A stretch of DNA of 64,000 bases from Candidatus Spongiisociaceae bacterium (GCA_965262915.1 OZ253564.1:1024001-1088000), one strand, 5' to 3'; counted from the stretch's first letter, positions 39,941 to 50,678 are shown. Notes: generated by a model from the letters alone, not told the origin. Made by a program: numbers and translations.

Positions 39941-40304
39941 GGTGTCACGAGTCGGGGATCCGTTGCAGATACTCCGGGACGCACCGAACATCCCCCACCC
40001 AGCAGGCCGCACAGGTCGCGAGAAACGAGAACGCGAAAAAGGCCACACCGGACCCCGGCCGCGGGCCCACCCCCAACCGCCACCTCCTAGGCTCCGAACG
40101 CGTCCCTCCATCCCCGCGAGGGTCGGCTTCGACAACATGATCCCTGCCACGGTCCCCTCGACGCCGAAGGTGGACCGGTGGTGTTTACGGCTACCTAGCA
40201 GTATGCGACACGACTGTGACACAGTCAACCCCCTTGTGGCGGACTGCCCGCTCCGGGGCGGGGACCTGCAGGCGGTCCGGCGCGCACTTTGTTCGGTGCC
40301 GGAT

Positions 40305-41336
40305 TCATGAGTTGGCGTCTTCCCAGGGTCGAGGCCTTATATGGCAAGCTACCAGATGCCCGGGTTCGGAGGGCTCGAGCATGGGTTCGGTGTGTCGGCA
40401 CACGTCCTCGACGAAGGGACACCTCGTGGAGAACTTGCATCCGGGGGGTAGGTCGAGCGGTGAGGGAACATCTCCGCGCAGGGGCGGCGCGCTCCTGTGA
40501 CGCGGATTCGGGTCCGGGCGGGAAGCCAGTAGGGCTTGGGTGTAGGGGTGCTCGGGCCGCTCGAACACCTTCCCGATCGGCCCCCTCTCGACGAGTCTCC
40601 CCATGTACATGACCGCCACCGTGTCAGCCACCTGGGAGACGACGGAGAGTTGGTGAGCGATGAGGATCATCGTCAGCCCCAGGCGATCCTGGAGGTCTCG
40701 GAAGAGGTTGATGATCTGAGCCTGGATCGAGACGTCGAGTGCGCTCACCGGTTCGTCGGCGATGATCATGTCGGGGTCGACAGCGAGAGCACGCGCGATG
40801 GCGACCCGCTGCCGCTGCCCGCCGCTCAGCTGCCTGGGACGACGCTCGGCCAGGGTGGGGGAGAGGCCGACGCTTTCGAGGTGCCGGGCGACGAACGCAT
40901 CGTGTTGCCCGGCCTCCACCAGACCGTGCACCTTGCCCGCTTCGAGGATCGCGGCTCCCACCGTCAGGCGGGGGTTCAGGGACGTGAAGGGGTCTTGGAA
41001 CACCATCTGGACCCGGCGCCGCAGTCGCCGCAAGTCGCCTCCCTCGATGGAGCGCACATCGACACCGTCGAACCGGACCGCTCCCTCGTCGGGGTCTACC
41101 AGCCGGATCAGGCACCGGCCGAGCGTGGTCTTGCCGCTTCCCGACTCGCCGACGATGCCCATCACCTCACGCCGCCGCACCTCGAAGGACACATTCTCCA
41201 CGGCGACCAGGCGTCGGACGGGAGCGCGCCTCACCCGCTCGCCCCAAGTACGGCGTACCGGGTATCCCTTGGTCAACCCGTCGACTCGGAGCAGAACATC
41301 CCTGGTCGATTCCTGCGGCCGATGCGCAGCGGTCAT
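40305..41336 (-). CDS. Oligopeptide/dipeptide ABC ATP-binding protein (OppF-like)
   Basis: [24 protein letters not shown] and HPYT. Confidence 0.92.
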   Translation of the reverse strand: MTAAHRPQESTRDVLLRVDGLTKGYPVRRTWGERVRRAPVRRLVAVENVSFEVRRREVMGIVGESGSGKTTLGRCLIRLVDPDEGAVRFDGVDVRSIEGGDLRRLRRRVQMVFQDPFTSLNPRLTVGAAILEAGKVHGLVEAGQHDAFVARHLESVGLSPTLAERRPRQLSGGQRQRVAIARALAVDPDMIIADEPVSALDVSIQAQIINLFRDLQDRLGLTMILIAHQLSVVSQVADTVAVMYMGRLVERGPIGKVFERPEHPYTQALLASRPDPNPRHRSAPPLRGDVPSPLDLPPGCKFSTRCPFVEDVCRHTEPMLEPSEPGHLVACHIRPRPWEDANS

Positions 41337-42463
41337 CGTGACACATCCTCGGGGTCCGGCCCCCCTGCGTCGCGGTCGCGCCACGTCACGAAGGGGCAGG
41401 CAGTGGCATGGTCGGGTCCAACGACCTGCAGCGACATCGGGACCGATTCGCACCCATCTCCGACGAAGCCGCATCTGGGGCTGAACGGGCATCCCGGTGG
41501 CAGCCTCGAGAGTTCCGGAGGCTGTCCCCTCACGGGAACGATCTGCGAGCGTCTTGCCGGATCGAGATGCGGGATCGATGCCAGCAACGCCTGGGTGTAC
41601 GGATGGTTCGGGTGATCGAATATCTCCTGGACGGGCGCCTGCTCGACGATGTAGCCGGCGTACATGACCGCCACGCGATCGCAGTGTTGTGCGATGACGC
41701 CGAAGTCGTGTGAGACGATGATCATCGCCATGCCCGTGTCCCGCTGCAGCTCGGTGAGCAGCGCCATTATCTGCGCCTGAACCGTCACATCGAGGGCCGC
41801 GGTCGGTTCGTCCGCGATGAGGAGCATGGGTTCGGTGGCTATGGCACCGGCGATCATGGCGCGTTGCCTCATCCCGCCGCTCATCTCGTGTGGGTACGAG
41901 TGGAACTGCGTCTCCGGAGAGGCGATCCCGACCCGGTCGAGCAACTCGACCGCCCGACGGGTCGCTTCTCGGGTAGCCATCCCGCCCTTGATCCTGAGTA
42001 CCTCGACGATCTGGTTTCCTACCTTGTAGACGGGGTTGAGGGACGCCGTCGGGTCCTGGAACACCATGCCGATGTCCCGCCCGCGCACGGCCCGCAGTTC
42101 GGCCGACGACAACCGGAGCAGGTCGCGCCCGTCGAACATGACCCGCCCCTCGATGACCTCGCCCGGCTTGGGTACCAGTCCGATGAGTGATCGGCAGGTC
42201 ATGCTCTTGCCGGATCCCGACTCGCCGACCAACGCGAGCGTTGCTCCCCGCTCGAGTGTGAAACTCACCCCGTTGGTAGCGAGCAGCAGGCCGTGCAGAG
42301 TCGGAAAGCCGGTATGGAGATCTTCCACCTGGAGGAGCGGGGACCCGCCTACACCGTCAATCGGAGCTCCTCTCCCAGCCGGTCGGCGAGCGCATCGCCG
42401 AGCATGCTGAAACCGACTCCGATCATCACCAGCACGAGCCCGGAAAGGGTGGTTATCCACCAA
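41333..42463 (-). CDS. Oligopeptide/dipeptide ABC ATP-binding protein (OppD-like); true start uncertain, probably near 42350
   Basis: [20 protein letters not shown] and HPYT. Confidence 0.88.
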   Translation of the reverse strand: MVDNHPFRARAGDDRSRFQHARRCARRPAGRGAPIDGVGGSPLLQVEDLHTGFPTLHGLLLATNGVSFTLERGATLALVGESGSGKSMTCRSLIGLVPKPGEVIEGRVMFDGRDLLRLSSAELRAVRGRDIGMVFQDPTASLNPVYKVGNQIVEVLRIKGGMATREATRRAVELLDRVGIASPETQFHSYPHEMSGGMRQRAMIAGAIATEPMLLIADEPTAALDVTVQAQIMALLTELQRDTGMAMIIVSHDFGVIAQHCDRVAVMYAGYIVEQAPVQEIFDHPNHPYTQALLASIPHLDPARRSQIVPVRGQPPELSRLPPGCPFSPRCGFVGDGCESVPMSLQVVGPDHATACPFVTWRDRDAGGPDPEDVSR

Positions 42464-43251
42464 CCAACCCGGAGATGCGCCTGCCCGTCGGCGACGATGA
42501 CGCCGAGTTCGGCGGTCGGCGCCTGGACCCCGAGACCGAGATAGGAGACGCCCGCTATGAGCAGGAGGTTGAGGACGATGTCAGCCACCGAGAACACGAG
42601 CGGGGACCGGATGAGGTTCGGTACCGCGTGCCTACCCAGAATGCGCGCCGTGGAGTAACCGAGGCCTCTGGCGGCCAGCATGTACTGCTGCTCACGGATC
42701 ACCAGCATCTCGCCCCTGGCCAACCGGGCGTAGAGAGCCCAGCCGACCGCGAGCACCCCGATGAAGATGCCGACCAGCCCCGGCCCCGTGATGGCAACGA
42801 CCGCGATCACGACCACCAGGAAGGGGAACGCCATCACGATGTCGACGGCACGATTGACAACCGTGTCGACCCAGCCCCCGAAGTGCCCGGCAACCATACC
42901 CAGAGTGACGCCCACCAGCAGAGGCACGTAGGTGATAATGAGCACGATCGCCATGTCAAGGCGTATTCCGTGCAGGACACGGGAGAACACGTCCCTACCG
43001 AGTTCGTCGGTTCCGAATATGTGGTCTCCGGAGGGTGGCTGGAGTGTTTCCAACAGGTTGAGTTCGTTGGGTGGGTACGGAGCGATCCACGGAGCCAGCA
43101 GCCCGGCGATGACGACCAGCGCCACGATCGATCCGCCGATGTAAAGCGCGACGTTGGACCATCGCCGATCGGACAGTGCCCGCCTTCGCAGCCGGCGGGT
43201 TGCCACCAGCAGCCGCTCCTGGCGCGCAGGCACTTCCCGGGCGATGCTCAC
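42349..43251 (-). CDS. Peptide ABC permease (OppC-like)
   Basis: HIFGTDELGRD, AARGLG and SYLGLG. Confidence 0.92.
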   Translation of the reverse strand: MSIAREVPARQERLLVATRRLRRRALSDRRWSNVALYIGGSIVALVVIAGLLAPWIAPYPPNELNLLETLQPPSGDHIFGTDELGRDVFSRVLHGIRLDMAIVLIITYVPLLVGVTLGMVAGHFGGWVDTVVNRAVDIVMAFPFLVVVIAVVAITGPGLVGIFIGVLAVGWALYARLARGEMLVIREQQYMLAARGLGYSTARILGRHAVPNLIRSPLVFSVADIVLNLLLIAGVSYLGLGVQAPTAELGVIVADGQAHLRVGWWITTLSGLVLVMIGVGFSMLGDALADRLGEELRLTV

Positions 43252-44192
43252 TTCTCAACCAGCGTCACGCGGGGATCTATCGCCGCGTAGGTCAGATCGG
43301 CCGCCAGGTTGATCACGATGACGGTGAGCCCGAAGAACAGAACCGTAGCCTGGATGACCGGATAGTCGCGTTGCAGCACCGCCTCGATCACCAGCGAGCC
43401 GAGTCCCGGGATCGCGAAGACGTTCTCGACGATCACGGACCCGCTGATCATGAAGCCGATGATGAGCGAGAGCACCGTGACCGTCGCGATCAGCGAGTTA
43501 CGCATGACGTGTTTGCCGATGACCCTGGACTCTCGGTATCCCTTGGCCCTGGCAGCCTCCACGTACTCCTGATCCATGACCTCGATGATGCTCGAGCGCA
43601 GGGTTCGGGCGAGGATCGGGGCCAGGAACAGCCCGATAGTGGCCGCCGGCAACGTGAGGCTGCGCAGGATGGTGAGAACATTCGTCTTGTCGTAGCCCGC
43701 CACCGGCAGCCAGCCCAACCTGATCGCGAAGAAGAGCGCCAGCAGCAGCCCCAGCCAGAACGAGGGCATTGCGAACGTGATCATGCTGCCCAGCCGCATG
43801 AGATGGTCCTGCCAGCGGTTTCGCTTCACGGCGGAGAGGATGGCGAGGGGAACCGCCAGCACGACGGCGATCACCGCGCTGTACAACAGCAGCGCGAAGC
43901 TGATCACCGCACGGGAGGCGATCACGTCGCGAACCGGTTCCTTCTTGAGGATCGACTCCCCGAAGTCACCGACGACCGCACCCCTCACGAATCCTATGAA
44001 CTGCTCGGGTACCGAACGGTCAAGACCCAACTCGCGTCGCAGGCTGGCCAGGCTCTCCGGCGTGGCGTTGTACCCCAGCATGTTCAGGGCCGGGTCTCCC
44101 GGCACCAGCACGATGATGACGAACGCGCCGACGGTGACCGCCACTACCACCGGGATGCTGTGCAGGAGGCGGCGACCCAGGTAACGGAACAC
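43248..44192 (-). CDS. Peptide ABC permease (OppB-like)
   Basis: PGDP, PSFWLG, ARAKG and RDYPVIQ. Confidence 0.92.
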   Translation of the reverse strand: MFRYLGRRLLHSIPVVVAVTVGAFVIIVLVPGDPALNMLGYNATPESLASLRRELGLDRSVPEQFIGFVRGAVVGDFGESILKKEPVRDVIASRAVISFALLLYSAVIAVVLAVPLAILSAVKRNRWQDHLMRLGSMITFAMPSFWLGLLLALFFAIRLGWLPVAGYDKTNVLTILRSLTLPAATIGLFLAPILARTLRSSIIEVMDQEYVEAARAKGYRESRVIGKHVMRNSLIATVTVLSLIIGFMISGSVIVENVFAIPGLGSLVIEAVLQRDYPVIQATVLFFGLTVIVINLAADLTYAAIDPRVTLVEK

Positions 44193-44236
44193 GTTTCCGG
44201 GTCAGCCGCCCTGCCGGTGCGTAGTCGGGATTTTCC

Positions 44237-45922
44237 TTACTGCTCGATCCATGTGTTCTCGAAGTGGTACACGCCGAGAGCGTCCTGGTCGACATCGTGA
44301 ACGCCATCGCGCACACCCGTCGCCAGGGGTAGCCACAGGATGTTCAGCCAGGGCATGTCGGCGACCCACTCGGCCTGGATCTGGGGCCAGAGTTCCTGCC
44401 GCCTCTCTTCGGTGGCCGCAACCGCCTCTTCCACCTTGGCCCACACCGACTCGTTGCCCCATCCGCTGAAGAGGCCGTCCAGTCCGGCGTCGGTGGGATC
44501 GGCCATCAGCAGAGCGAACTCGTCGGGAACCAGCACGTCCGACGTCCATTTCAGGAAGGGCATCGTGATCTCGTATCCGTAGCTGAACAGGTTGTCGGCC
44601 AGCGTGCTCTCATCCAGCTCCACGAGTTGCAGGTCCACGCCGATCTCGGCCCACTGGGCCTGGAGGACGGTGGCCAGAGACTTGTGCTGCCCGGAACCGG
44701 CCGGGAACTGGAACGTGACGCTGAAGCCTTCGGGAACCGACGACGAAGCCATCAACTCCTTCGCCATGTCCAGGTCGAATGAGAACGGGGGGACTTCGCT
44801 GGTCGATGCGTTGTACTTGAGCGGCGGGATCAGATGGTTGGGGATCGTTCCGACCCCTCCGAATACCGCGGCGTTGATCGCCTCACGGTCGGTGGCGTAG
44901 CTCAGCGCCTGGCGAACGGCTAGCTCTTCGAGTGGGGGGACGTTGTGGTTGATCCAGACCGGCTCCTGGCGGGTGACCTCACGTACGAGCACCGTGACGC
45001 CGTCGAGACCCCCGACCGCGTCGATCTGGGTGAACGGGACGCTCTCCATGACATGTGCCTCGCCCGAGTCGAGCTTCAACGCCCGGGTGTTGTCGTCCAC
45101 TATGAAGTCGTAGCGCAACTCGTCGAGATAGGGCTTGCCTTCCTCCCAGTAGTAGGGGTTCGGCTCGAAGCTGATGCTCGTGCCCCGGATCCACTCCTTG
45201 AGCTTGAAGGGTCCGCTGCCGACCGGGTCCTCCCAGAAGGCGTCGCCCTGGGCCTCCAGCACTGCCTTCGGCACGATGTACGCCGGGAAGATGCTGATGT
45301 TCTCCAGGAACGCGGCGATCGGCTGGTCGAGATGGATGATGAAGTTCCGGTCGTCGACGATCTCCGTACCCGTGTAGCCGAGCGCGAGGAACGGGAGGAT
45401 GGTGTTTATGTCGGGGTCCGCGAACCTGTCGATCGAGTACTGGACATCTTCGGACGTGACCGGATCACCGTTGCTGAACCGGGCGTTCTCCCGGAGGGTG
45501 AAGGTCCAGTCGAGCCCGTCAACGCTGACCTCCCACGACTCGGCGAGGGCCGGGATGATGGAGGTGCCGCCCTTGGGATCCGCGTACACCAGAGTGTCGA
45601 AGATCAACTCGTGGGCGTAGATCTGACCATTGTCGGACAACTCGAACGGGTTGAGCGTGTTGGTCTCGAGCTGGCGGGCGAAAACGAGAGTGCCACCGCG
45701 CTGCGGACCGGACATGGCAGCTTCGGTTGTTTCCGGCGCCGCTGCCTCGGTTGTTTCCGGCGCCGCTGCCGCTGCCGCGGTAGTCGTTGTGGCAGCTTGG
45801 GTAGCTTGGGTGGCCGCCTGAGTCGCCTCCGGCGCTTCATCATCGTCGGTTCCGCACGCTGCCGCTACCAGCCCGATAACCAGCAGGCAAGCAGTCATAC
45901 GGTAAAGGGGTCGCAGTGTCAT
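44237..45922 (-). CDS. Peptide ABC substrate-binding lipoprotein (family 5)
   Basis: Lipobox AAAC, LAESW, FSNG and GSGPF. The APETTEAA linker is duplicated. Confidence 0.9.
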   Translation of the reverse strand: MTLRPLYRMTACLLVIGLVAAACGTDDDEAPEATQAATQATQAATTTTAAAAAAPETTEAAAPETTEAAMSGPQRGGTLVFARQLETNTLNPFELSDNGQIYAHELIFDTLVYADPKGGTSIIPALAESWEVSVDGLDWTFTLRENARFSNGDPVTSEDVQYSIDRFADPDINTILPFLALGYTGTEIVDDRNFIIHLDQPIAAFLENISIFPAYIVPKAVLEAQGDAFWEDPVGSGPFKLKEWIRGTSISFEPNPYYWEEGKPYLDELRYDFIVDDNTRALKLDSGEAHVMESVPFTQIDAVGGLDGVTVLVREVTRQEPVWINHNVPPLEELAVRQALSYATDREAINAAVFGGVGTIPNHLIPPLKYNASTSEVPPFSFDLDMAKELMASSSVPEGFSVTFQFPAGSGQHKSLATVLQAQWAEIGVDLQLVELDESTLADNLFSYGYEITMPFLKWTSDVLVPDEFALLMADPTDAGLDGLFSGWGNESVWAKVEEAVAATEERRQELWPQIQAEWVADMPWLNILWLPLATGVRDGVHDVDQDALGVYHFENTWIEQ

Positions 45923-46272
45923 CGGGCCTCCCTCGCCTAATGGAGTTTGGTTCAGCCCGCGGGACTACCGGCACAGTCGCCTGGCGGCCGGATCGTCTGA
46001 TCCTTGTCGGCCGAACTTTGCTCCCTGAGGCTAGACGAACGGGTTTCTGCGCGTCGGGCAGAGCAAGGTGGCGTGTTCTGTGGTCAGAAGCCTTGTGTCC
46101 GACGGCTAGGGCGGCCGTCGGGAGTAGCGGGTCGTTCTGGGTGCCTCTCGGTGTATTGGGAGCCGGTCGGGCGAGCAACCGTTGACCGTCAACGGCGAAC
46201 GCACAGGCGAACCTTCAGTGACCGCTGTCACCCGTGCCCGCCATGATGTCGCGTGGTATCATTAGGATACGT

Positions 46273-46464
46273 ATGAGCAAAGAGGTTTTGGTGTCACCAA
46301 GTCCAGCGACTGACACCGATGATTGCACGCTGGCCGATATCGAAGCGTGTACGGGCGTGGTCGCTGACCTTACAGGCGACTACGCGGCTGGCCGGACGAT
46401 GTTCTTCGAGACTGGCGAAAAGTTTCTCGAGTTCCTGGGTGCGCGAGTCCACGAATCGGACTAA
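46273..46464 (+). CDS. Putative antitoxin (small acidic protein, possibly truncated)
   Basis: C-terminal DYAAGR..F.T.E.FL pattern, directly upstream of a RelE-like gene. Confidence 0.45.
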   Translation: MSKEVLVSPSPATDTDDCTLADIEACTGVVADLTGDYAAGRTMFFETGEKFLEFLGARVHESD

Positions 46465-46479
46465 CGCACTTGAGGTCGG

Positions 46480-46782
46480 GTGCCCACCTACGAACAAACG
46501 GCGGCGTTCATTCGCGATTTTGACCGTCTGACGAAAGAGCAACAGGGACGGTTCCTTGACGCGTTGTCGCGCTCCATTGCTGACCTGGTAGCGATAGAGG
46601 CAGGCCAGGAATACCGCTTTCGCCCAGGGCTCCGGGTGAAACGGGTGCAAGGCATACCGGGCTTGTTCGAGATGACTTGGGCACCCGATGGCCGAGCCCT
46701 TTTTTCGTGGAGCGACCAAGTCGTGCAAGGCAGGCGGCATGTCATATGGGAACGCTGCGGCGATCATGCCGTTCTTCCCTAG
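46480..46782 (+). CDS. RelE/ParE-like toxin
   Basis: F.RDF..L, PGLRVKRVQG..G.FEMTW..DGRA and W.RCG.H. Confidence 0.7.
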   Translation: MPTYEQTAAFIRDFDRLTKEQQGRFLDALSRSIADLVAIEAGQEYRFRPGLRVKRVQGIPGLFEMTWAPDGRALFSWSDQVVQGRRHVIWERCGDHAVLP

Positions 46783-47003
46783 AATCAGGGAGCACCGTTC
46801 GCGGCAACTCTCTCCCGCCATACAACACCATCCATGTCGGCGGGTGGCTGTCACTGATCCGCACAAGCGTTGTGGGCCCGGATAACGCACGCGACTGGAA
46901 GGGGACCGTCGGTGAAGTTCCAATACTTGGTTGGGTTCCGCGGGTTGGGCAGACACGATGATTCGGTAGATGGTCGGTGTGGGTAATAAGAGTTAGCGAA
47001 CCG

Positions 47004-48041
47004 TTACTGCTTCAGGACCGCATCAACAGCTGCGATGATCCGTGCGGCGTCCGGGATGTAGGCGTTCTCTAGGGGTGGGCTCAGCGGTACCGGCGAATGG
47101 GGGGCTGTCACCCTCCTCACGGGCGCGGCCAGCACATCGAATGCCTGCTCCGAGACCATTGCGGCGATGTCCGCCGCGATGCTGCACCTCGGGGGGCTCT
47201 CATCCACGACTATCAAGCGTTTGGTCTTGCGTACCGACTCGAGGATCGTCTCCGAATCGAGCGGAGAGAGTGACCTGGGATCGATCACCTCCGCCTCGAT
47301 GCCGTCCGATGCCAGGGTCGCGGCGACCTCCAGCGCCAGCTTCGCCATGTACGAGATCCCGACGATGGTCACATCCGTACCCGGGCGGGTAACAGAGGCC
47401 GAGCCGAGCGGGACGGTGTAGGGGTCCTCCGGTACCTGCTGGCGGGTGTTGTAGAGCCGCATGTGTTCGAAGAACAGGACCGGGTCGTCGTCGGCGATCG
47501 CCGCCAATAGCAGGCCCTTGGCGTCGTAGGGTGTCGTCGGGACCACCACCTTGATGCCGGGCAGGTGGGTGTAAAGGGAGTACAGGGTGTCGGAGTGCTG
47601 CCCGGCCGCCCCGAGTCCGGCCCCGATGGCCATGCGAAGCACCAGAGGAACGCTCGCCTGCCCACCGAACATGTAACGCATCTTGGCCGCCTGGTTGTGG
47701 ATCTGGTCGAAGGCCAGCGGCGTGAAACTGGACCACATCATGTCGACGACCGGCCGGATCCCGGACGCCGCCGCGCCGACCGCGATCCCGACCAGACCCG
47801 CCTCGGAGATAGGGGTGTCCCGGACACGGGAAGAACCGAACTTGTGGAACAGGCCCTTGGTGGCGCCGAAGGTGCCTCCCATCGCCCCTTCGTACGGTTC
47901 GCCGAGACCCGCTCCTCCGACCACGTCTTCGCCGTAGACGACCACGGTCTCGTCGGCCTCCATCGCCTGGAACATGGCTTCGCCTACGGCGTGGATCATG
48001 GTGATCGGTCTTCTACCCACCGTAAGCTCCGCTGTAGACAT
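47004..48041 (-). CDS. Acetoin/2-oxoacid dehydrogenase E1 beta subunit
   Basis: VRDTPISE, DQIHNQAAK.RYMFGGQ, GQHS and DPVLFFEH. Confidence 0.92.
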   Translation of the reverse strand: MSTAELTVGRRPITMIHAVGEAMFQAMEADETVVVYGEDVVGGAGLGEPYEGAMGGTFGATKGLFHKFGSSRVRDTPISEAGLVGIAVGAAASGIRPVVDMMWSSFTPLAFDQIHNQAAKMRYMFGGQASVPLVLRMAIGAGLGAAGQHSDTLYSLYTHLPGIKVVVPTTPYDAKGLLLAAIADDDPVLFFEHMRLYNTRQQVPEDPYTVPLGSASVTRPGTDVTIVGISYMAKLALEVAATLASDGIEAEVIDPRSLSPLDSETILESVRKTKRLIVVDESPPRCSIAADIAAMVSEQAFDVLAAPVRRVTAPHSPVPLSPPLENAYIPDAARIIAAVDAVLKQ

Positions 48042-48987
48042 AGTCGGTCACGCCGGCGGCGGTCGGCCACGGATCGGACTTGGCTGCAGCTACTCCCCGG
48101 TCGAGTTCGTCGATGATGCCTGCCCGGATACTCCCTACGGCTGCTTCGGTGAGCAATCCGGCGGCGCTGAGTTCTGACTGGAGTCGCTCAAGCGGGTCCC
48201 GGCTCCTAGCGTCCGCAAGGTCGTCCTCGTTTCGGTACTTCTGGGTGTCGCCCACGTAGTGAGCCGAAATGCGGGGGATCTTCGCCTCAATGAACGACGG
48301 ACCCTCACCGCGACGGGCTCGCTCGATCGCCTCTCCGGCCGCCTCGTAGATGGCGAAGACATCCGCTCCGTCGACGATATGGCCCGGGATGCCGAACCCG
48401 TCTGCCCTCCGGCTCAGATCCGCAACGCTCTGTGCATACGACGCCGGAGTGGACTCCGCCCAACCGTTGTTCTCGCACAGGTATATGACAGGCAACTTCC
48501 AGATCGACGCCAGGTTCATCGATTCGTAGAGGATGCCCTGCCCGGCCCCGCCGTCCCCGAAGAAGCTGACCGAGACGTTCGACGTACCCTTGACCTGTTG
48601 GGCGAAGGCCCCGCCGGTGGCGAGGCCGATGCTCCCGCCGACGATCGCGTTGGCTCCCAGCATCCCTCTCTCGAAGTCGGCGATGTGCATCGATCCGCCC
48701 CGTCCCTTGCACAGACCGGTTTCGCGGCCGTACAGCTCGGCGAGCATCCCCGAGATCGAACATCCCTTGGCGAGACTGTGCCCGTGGCCCCGATGCGTGC
48801 TGGCGATGAGATCGGTATCCGACAGGTGGGCGCACACCCCGGTCGCCACCGCTTCGGCGCCTATGCAGGTGTGGACGAAGCCGGGCATGTCGCCCCGCTG
48901 GTACTCGAGCGTGACCCTCTCCTCGAACAGGCGGATCGTCATCATCGTCTCGAACATCTCCAGCAGCGTCCGATCCGGGACGGTCAT
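48013..48987 (-). CDS. Acetoin/2-oxoacid dehydrogenase E1 alpha subunit (ThDP)
   Basis: STHRGHGH, GRGGSMH and GDG...CENN. Confidence 0.92.
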   Translation of the reverse strand: MTVPDRTLLEMFETMMTIRLFEERVTLEYQRGDMPGFVHTCIGAEAVATGVCAHLSDTDLIASTHRGHGHSLAKGCSISGMLAELYGRETGLCKGRGGSMHIADFERGMLGANAIVGGSIGLATGGAFAQQVKGTSNVSVSFFGDGGAGQGILYESMNLASIWKLPVIYLCENNGWAESTPASYAQSVADLSRRADGFGIPGHIVDGADVFAIYEAAGEAIERARRGEGPSFIEAKIPRISAHYVGDTQKYRNEDDLADARSRDPLERLQSELSAAGLLTEAAVGSIRAGIIDELDRGVAAAKSDPWPTAAGVTDYVYSGAYGG

Positions 48988-49262
48988 GCGGGCGCTCCTC
49001 CTTCGACCAGGCTGCGGTATTCGGCATCGTTCTCGGCGATCCAGCCGATGACCGTTCCGATCGGATAGTCCTCACCGACCGGAGCCCCGTGGTGCACGAT
49101 CCCGGCGGCGCCCGCCTCGATTTCCACCTCCACCTTGTTGGTCTCCATGAGGAAGACCGCCTCGCCGGCCCGGACCGAAGCGCCCTCGTCGACCAGCCAT
49201 GCGATCAGATGGCAATCGTCCATGTAGATGCCGGTCTTGGGCACGAAAACTTCATGGGCCAT
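48984..49262 (-). CDS. Stand-alone lipoyl domain protein
   Basis: W.V.EG..V..GE...METNKV..EIEA with no E2 catalytic domain. Confidence 0.85.
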   Translation of the reverse strand: MAHEVFVPKTGIYMDDCHLIAWLVDEGASVRAGEAVFLMETNKVEVEIEAGAAGIVHHGAPVGEDYPIGTVIGWIAENDAEYRSLVEGGAPA

Positions 49263-49266
49263 GGTT

Positions 49267-49334
49267 AGTGGTCCGTCTGCGAAATGGCGGTGTGGCATGC
49301 AGGGCACGCCATGTTGTTTTGCAGACGGACCACT
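49267..49334. mobile_element. Family B MITE-like element with GGTT target-site duplication
   Basis: GGTT-[AGTGGTCCGTCTGC...GCAGACGGACCACT]-GGTT, with a 14-bp perfect terminal inverted repeat. Confidence 0.85.
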
Positions 49335-49343
49335 GGTTCCTCC

Positions 49344-50288
49344 TCAGCCCGGGATCAGCACTTGCTTGCCGTTGCCCCCTGCAACGTTGCCCCAAGCCGA
49401 CGCTGCGTCAGAGATCGGTGTGGTGACGACCGGTAGGGTCAGGTCCCCGGCGGTTGCCAGATCCACCATGGTCAGGTAGGTAGCGACTATCTCATCGCGG
49501 GGTATCCCGAAGTTGCTGTATCCCTTGATCGTCATCTGCCGACCCCGGACCAACCCTGACACGACCGTGGCGGTGCCTCCCGCTGCGTCTCCGATATGGA
49601 TCACGCGGGCCCCCAGCCGGGTAGCGGTGAGCGCAGCTTCGAGGGGTGCACCCCAGAGCGCGTCGAAGACAACGTCGGCCCCGCCTTCGCATGCGGCCTG
49701 CATGCGGCCGGCCAGATCGTCGCCGTCCAGAGACACGACGGCATCCGCCATCCCCTCCAGGGCCGCCAAGCGTTCGGGATTGCGTCCTACCGCCACGACT
49801 CTTGCCGCCCCGGCGATACGGGCCGCCTGGACCGCGACGCTTCCCGCCGCCCCGGTCGCTCCCAGCACGAGGGCGGTTTCCCCCGCCTGCAGCTTCGCTG
49901 CCCAGGTGATCGGAAGCCAACCGGCCAGGGCCGCGGTTCCCAGCGCCGCCGCGGTGGCGGCATCCGCGTCATCTCCGATATCTACAAGGGCGCCTAGGGG
50001 AGCGTTGAATCGCTCGGCGGCGGTCCCGTCCCGGGCGATGCCGAGGCCTCCTCCCATGACGAACACGCGCCGGCCGTCACTCTCCACCCGTCCGACTGCC
50101 TCGATAGCCGGCACATAGGGCATCGGCGGGTGCCCGGCGTAGAACCCGCCGGATGCGATCGCCAGATCGACCGGGTTGAGCGAGGCGGCCTCGAGCGCGA
50201 TCGTCGCCTCGCCCTCGGCCGGATCGGGCAGGTCGCGTTCTTCCACAACGGGAGTGGCGCCGGGTGCGGTGATAAGTGCGGCCTTCAT
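49344..50288 (-). CDS. MDR/quinone oxidoreductase family protein
   Basis: AASLNPVD and LGATGAAG..AVQ.A. Confidence 0.88.
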   Translation of the reverse strand: MKAALITAPGATPVVEERDLPDPAEGEATIALEAASLNPVDLAIASGGFYAGHPPMPYVPAIEAVGRVESDGRRVFVMGGGLGIARDGTAAERFNAPLGALVDIGDDADAATAAALGTAALAGWLPITWAAKLQAGETALVLGATGAAGSVAVQAARIAGAARVVAVGRNPERLAALEGMADAVVSLDGDDLAGRMQAACEGGADVVFDALWGAPLEAALTATRLGARVIHIGDAAGGTATVVSGLVRGRQMTIKGYSNFGIPRDEIVATYLTMVDLATAGDLTLPVVTTPISDAASAWGNVAGGNGKQVLIPG

Positions 50289-50629
50289 GATGTCGTCTCC
50301 TTCTTGGGCAGGTAACGGTCGGCGTCGGCGAACACATCGATCCCCCGGTAACCGCCGCGGATGCGGGTGATGTGGGTGACTCCGGCGGGGACGGTGTAGG
50401 TGTCCCCCCGGCGGTACGTCCGGGTGTCGCCTCCTATCGTCATCTCCATCTCGCCTTCGAGCACCACGCCCCACTGCGCGCCGTGGGCGTGTTCCGGGAC
50501 TTCGACATCCCGGTCGATCTCGTAGAACATGGGCATGCAGTACTCGTTCGGAACGATGTGAGCCCGCATGTCGACCGGGCTGTCCGGCACGGGCAGTGCC
50601 TTGATGAAGTCCGGGAAGCCGTCGCTCAC
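50285..50629 (-). CDS. Cupin domain protein
   Basis: PEHAH..QWG.V..GE and VPAGVTH. Confidence 0.85.
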   Translation of the reverse strand: MSDGFPDFIKALPVPDSPVDMRAHIVPNEYCMPMFYEIDRDVEVPEHAHGAQWGVVLEGEMEMTIGGDTRTYRRGDTYTVPAGVTHITRIRGGYRGIDVFADADRYLPKKETTS

Positions 50630-50678
50630 GGAACTCTCCTTTCTCTCAGAGTCTCGTCGGCGGACTCTACGAACCCCG

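Noticed and set aside
39981-40299. 10-bp inverted repeat GCACCGAACA/TGTTCGGTGC bounding an intergenic region
   Set aside because: It is too short, single-copy and without a target duplication, so it could be chance.
49265-49333. CxxCH (CPACH) motif in the MITE-derived leader peptide
   Set aside because: It is a 22-aa unexported peptide created by a deletion junction, so the motif is almost certainly coincidental.
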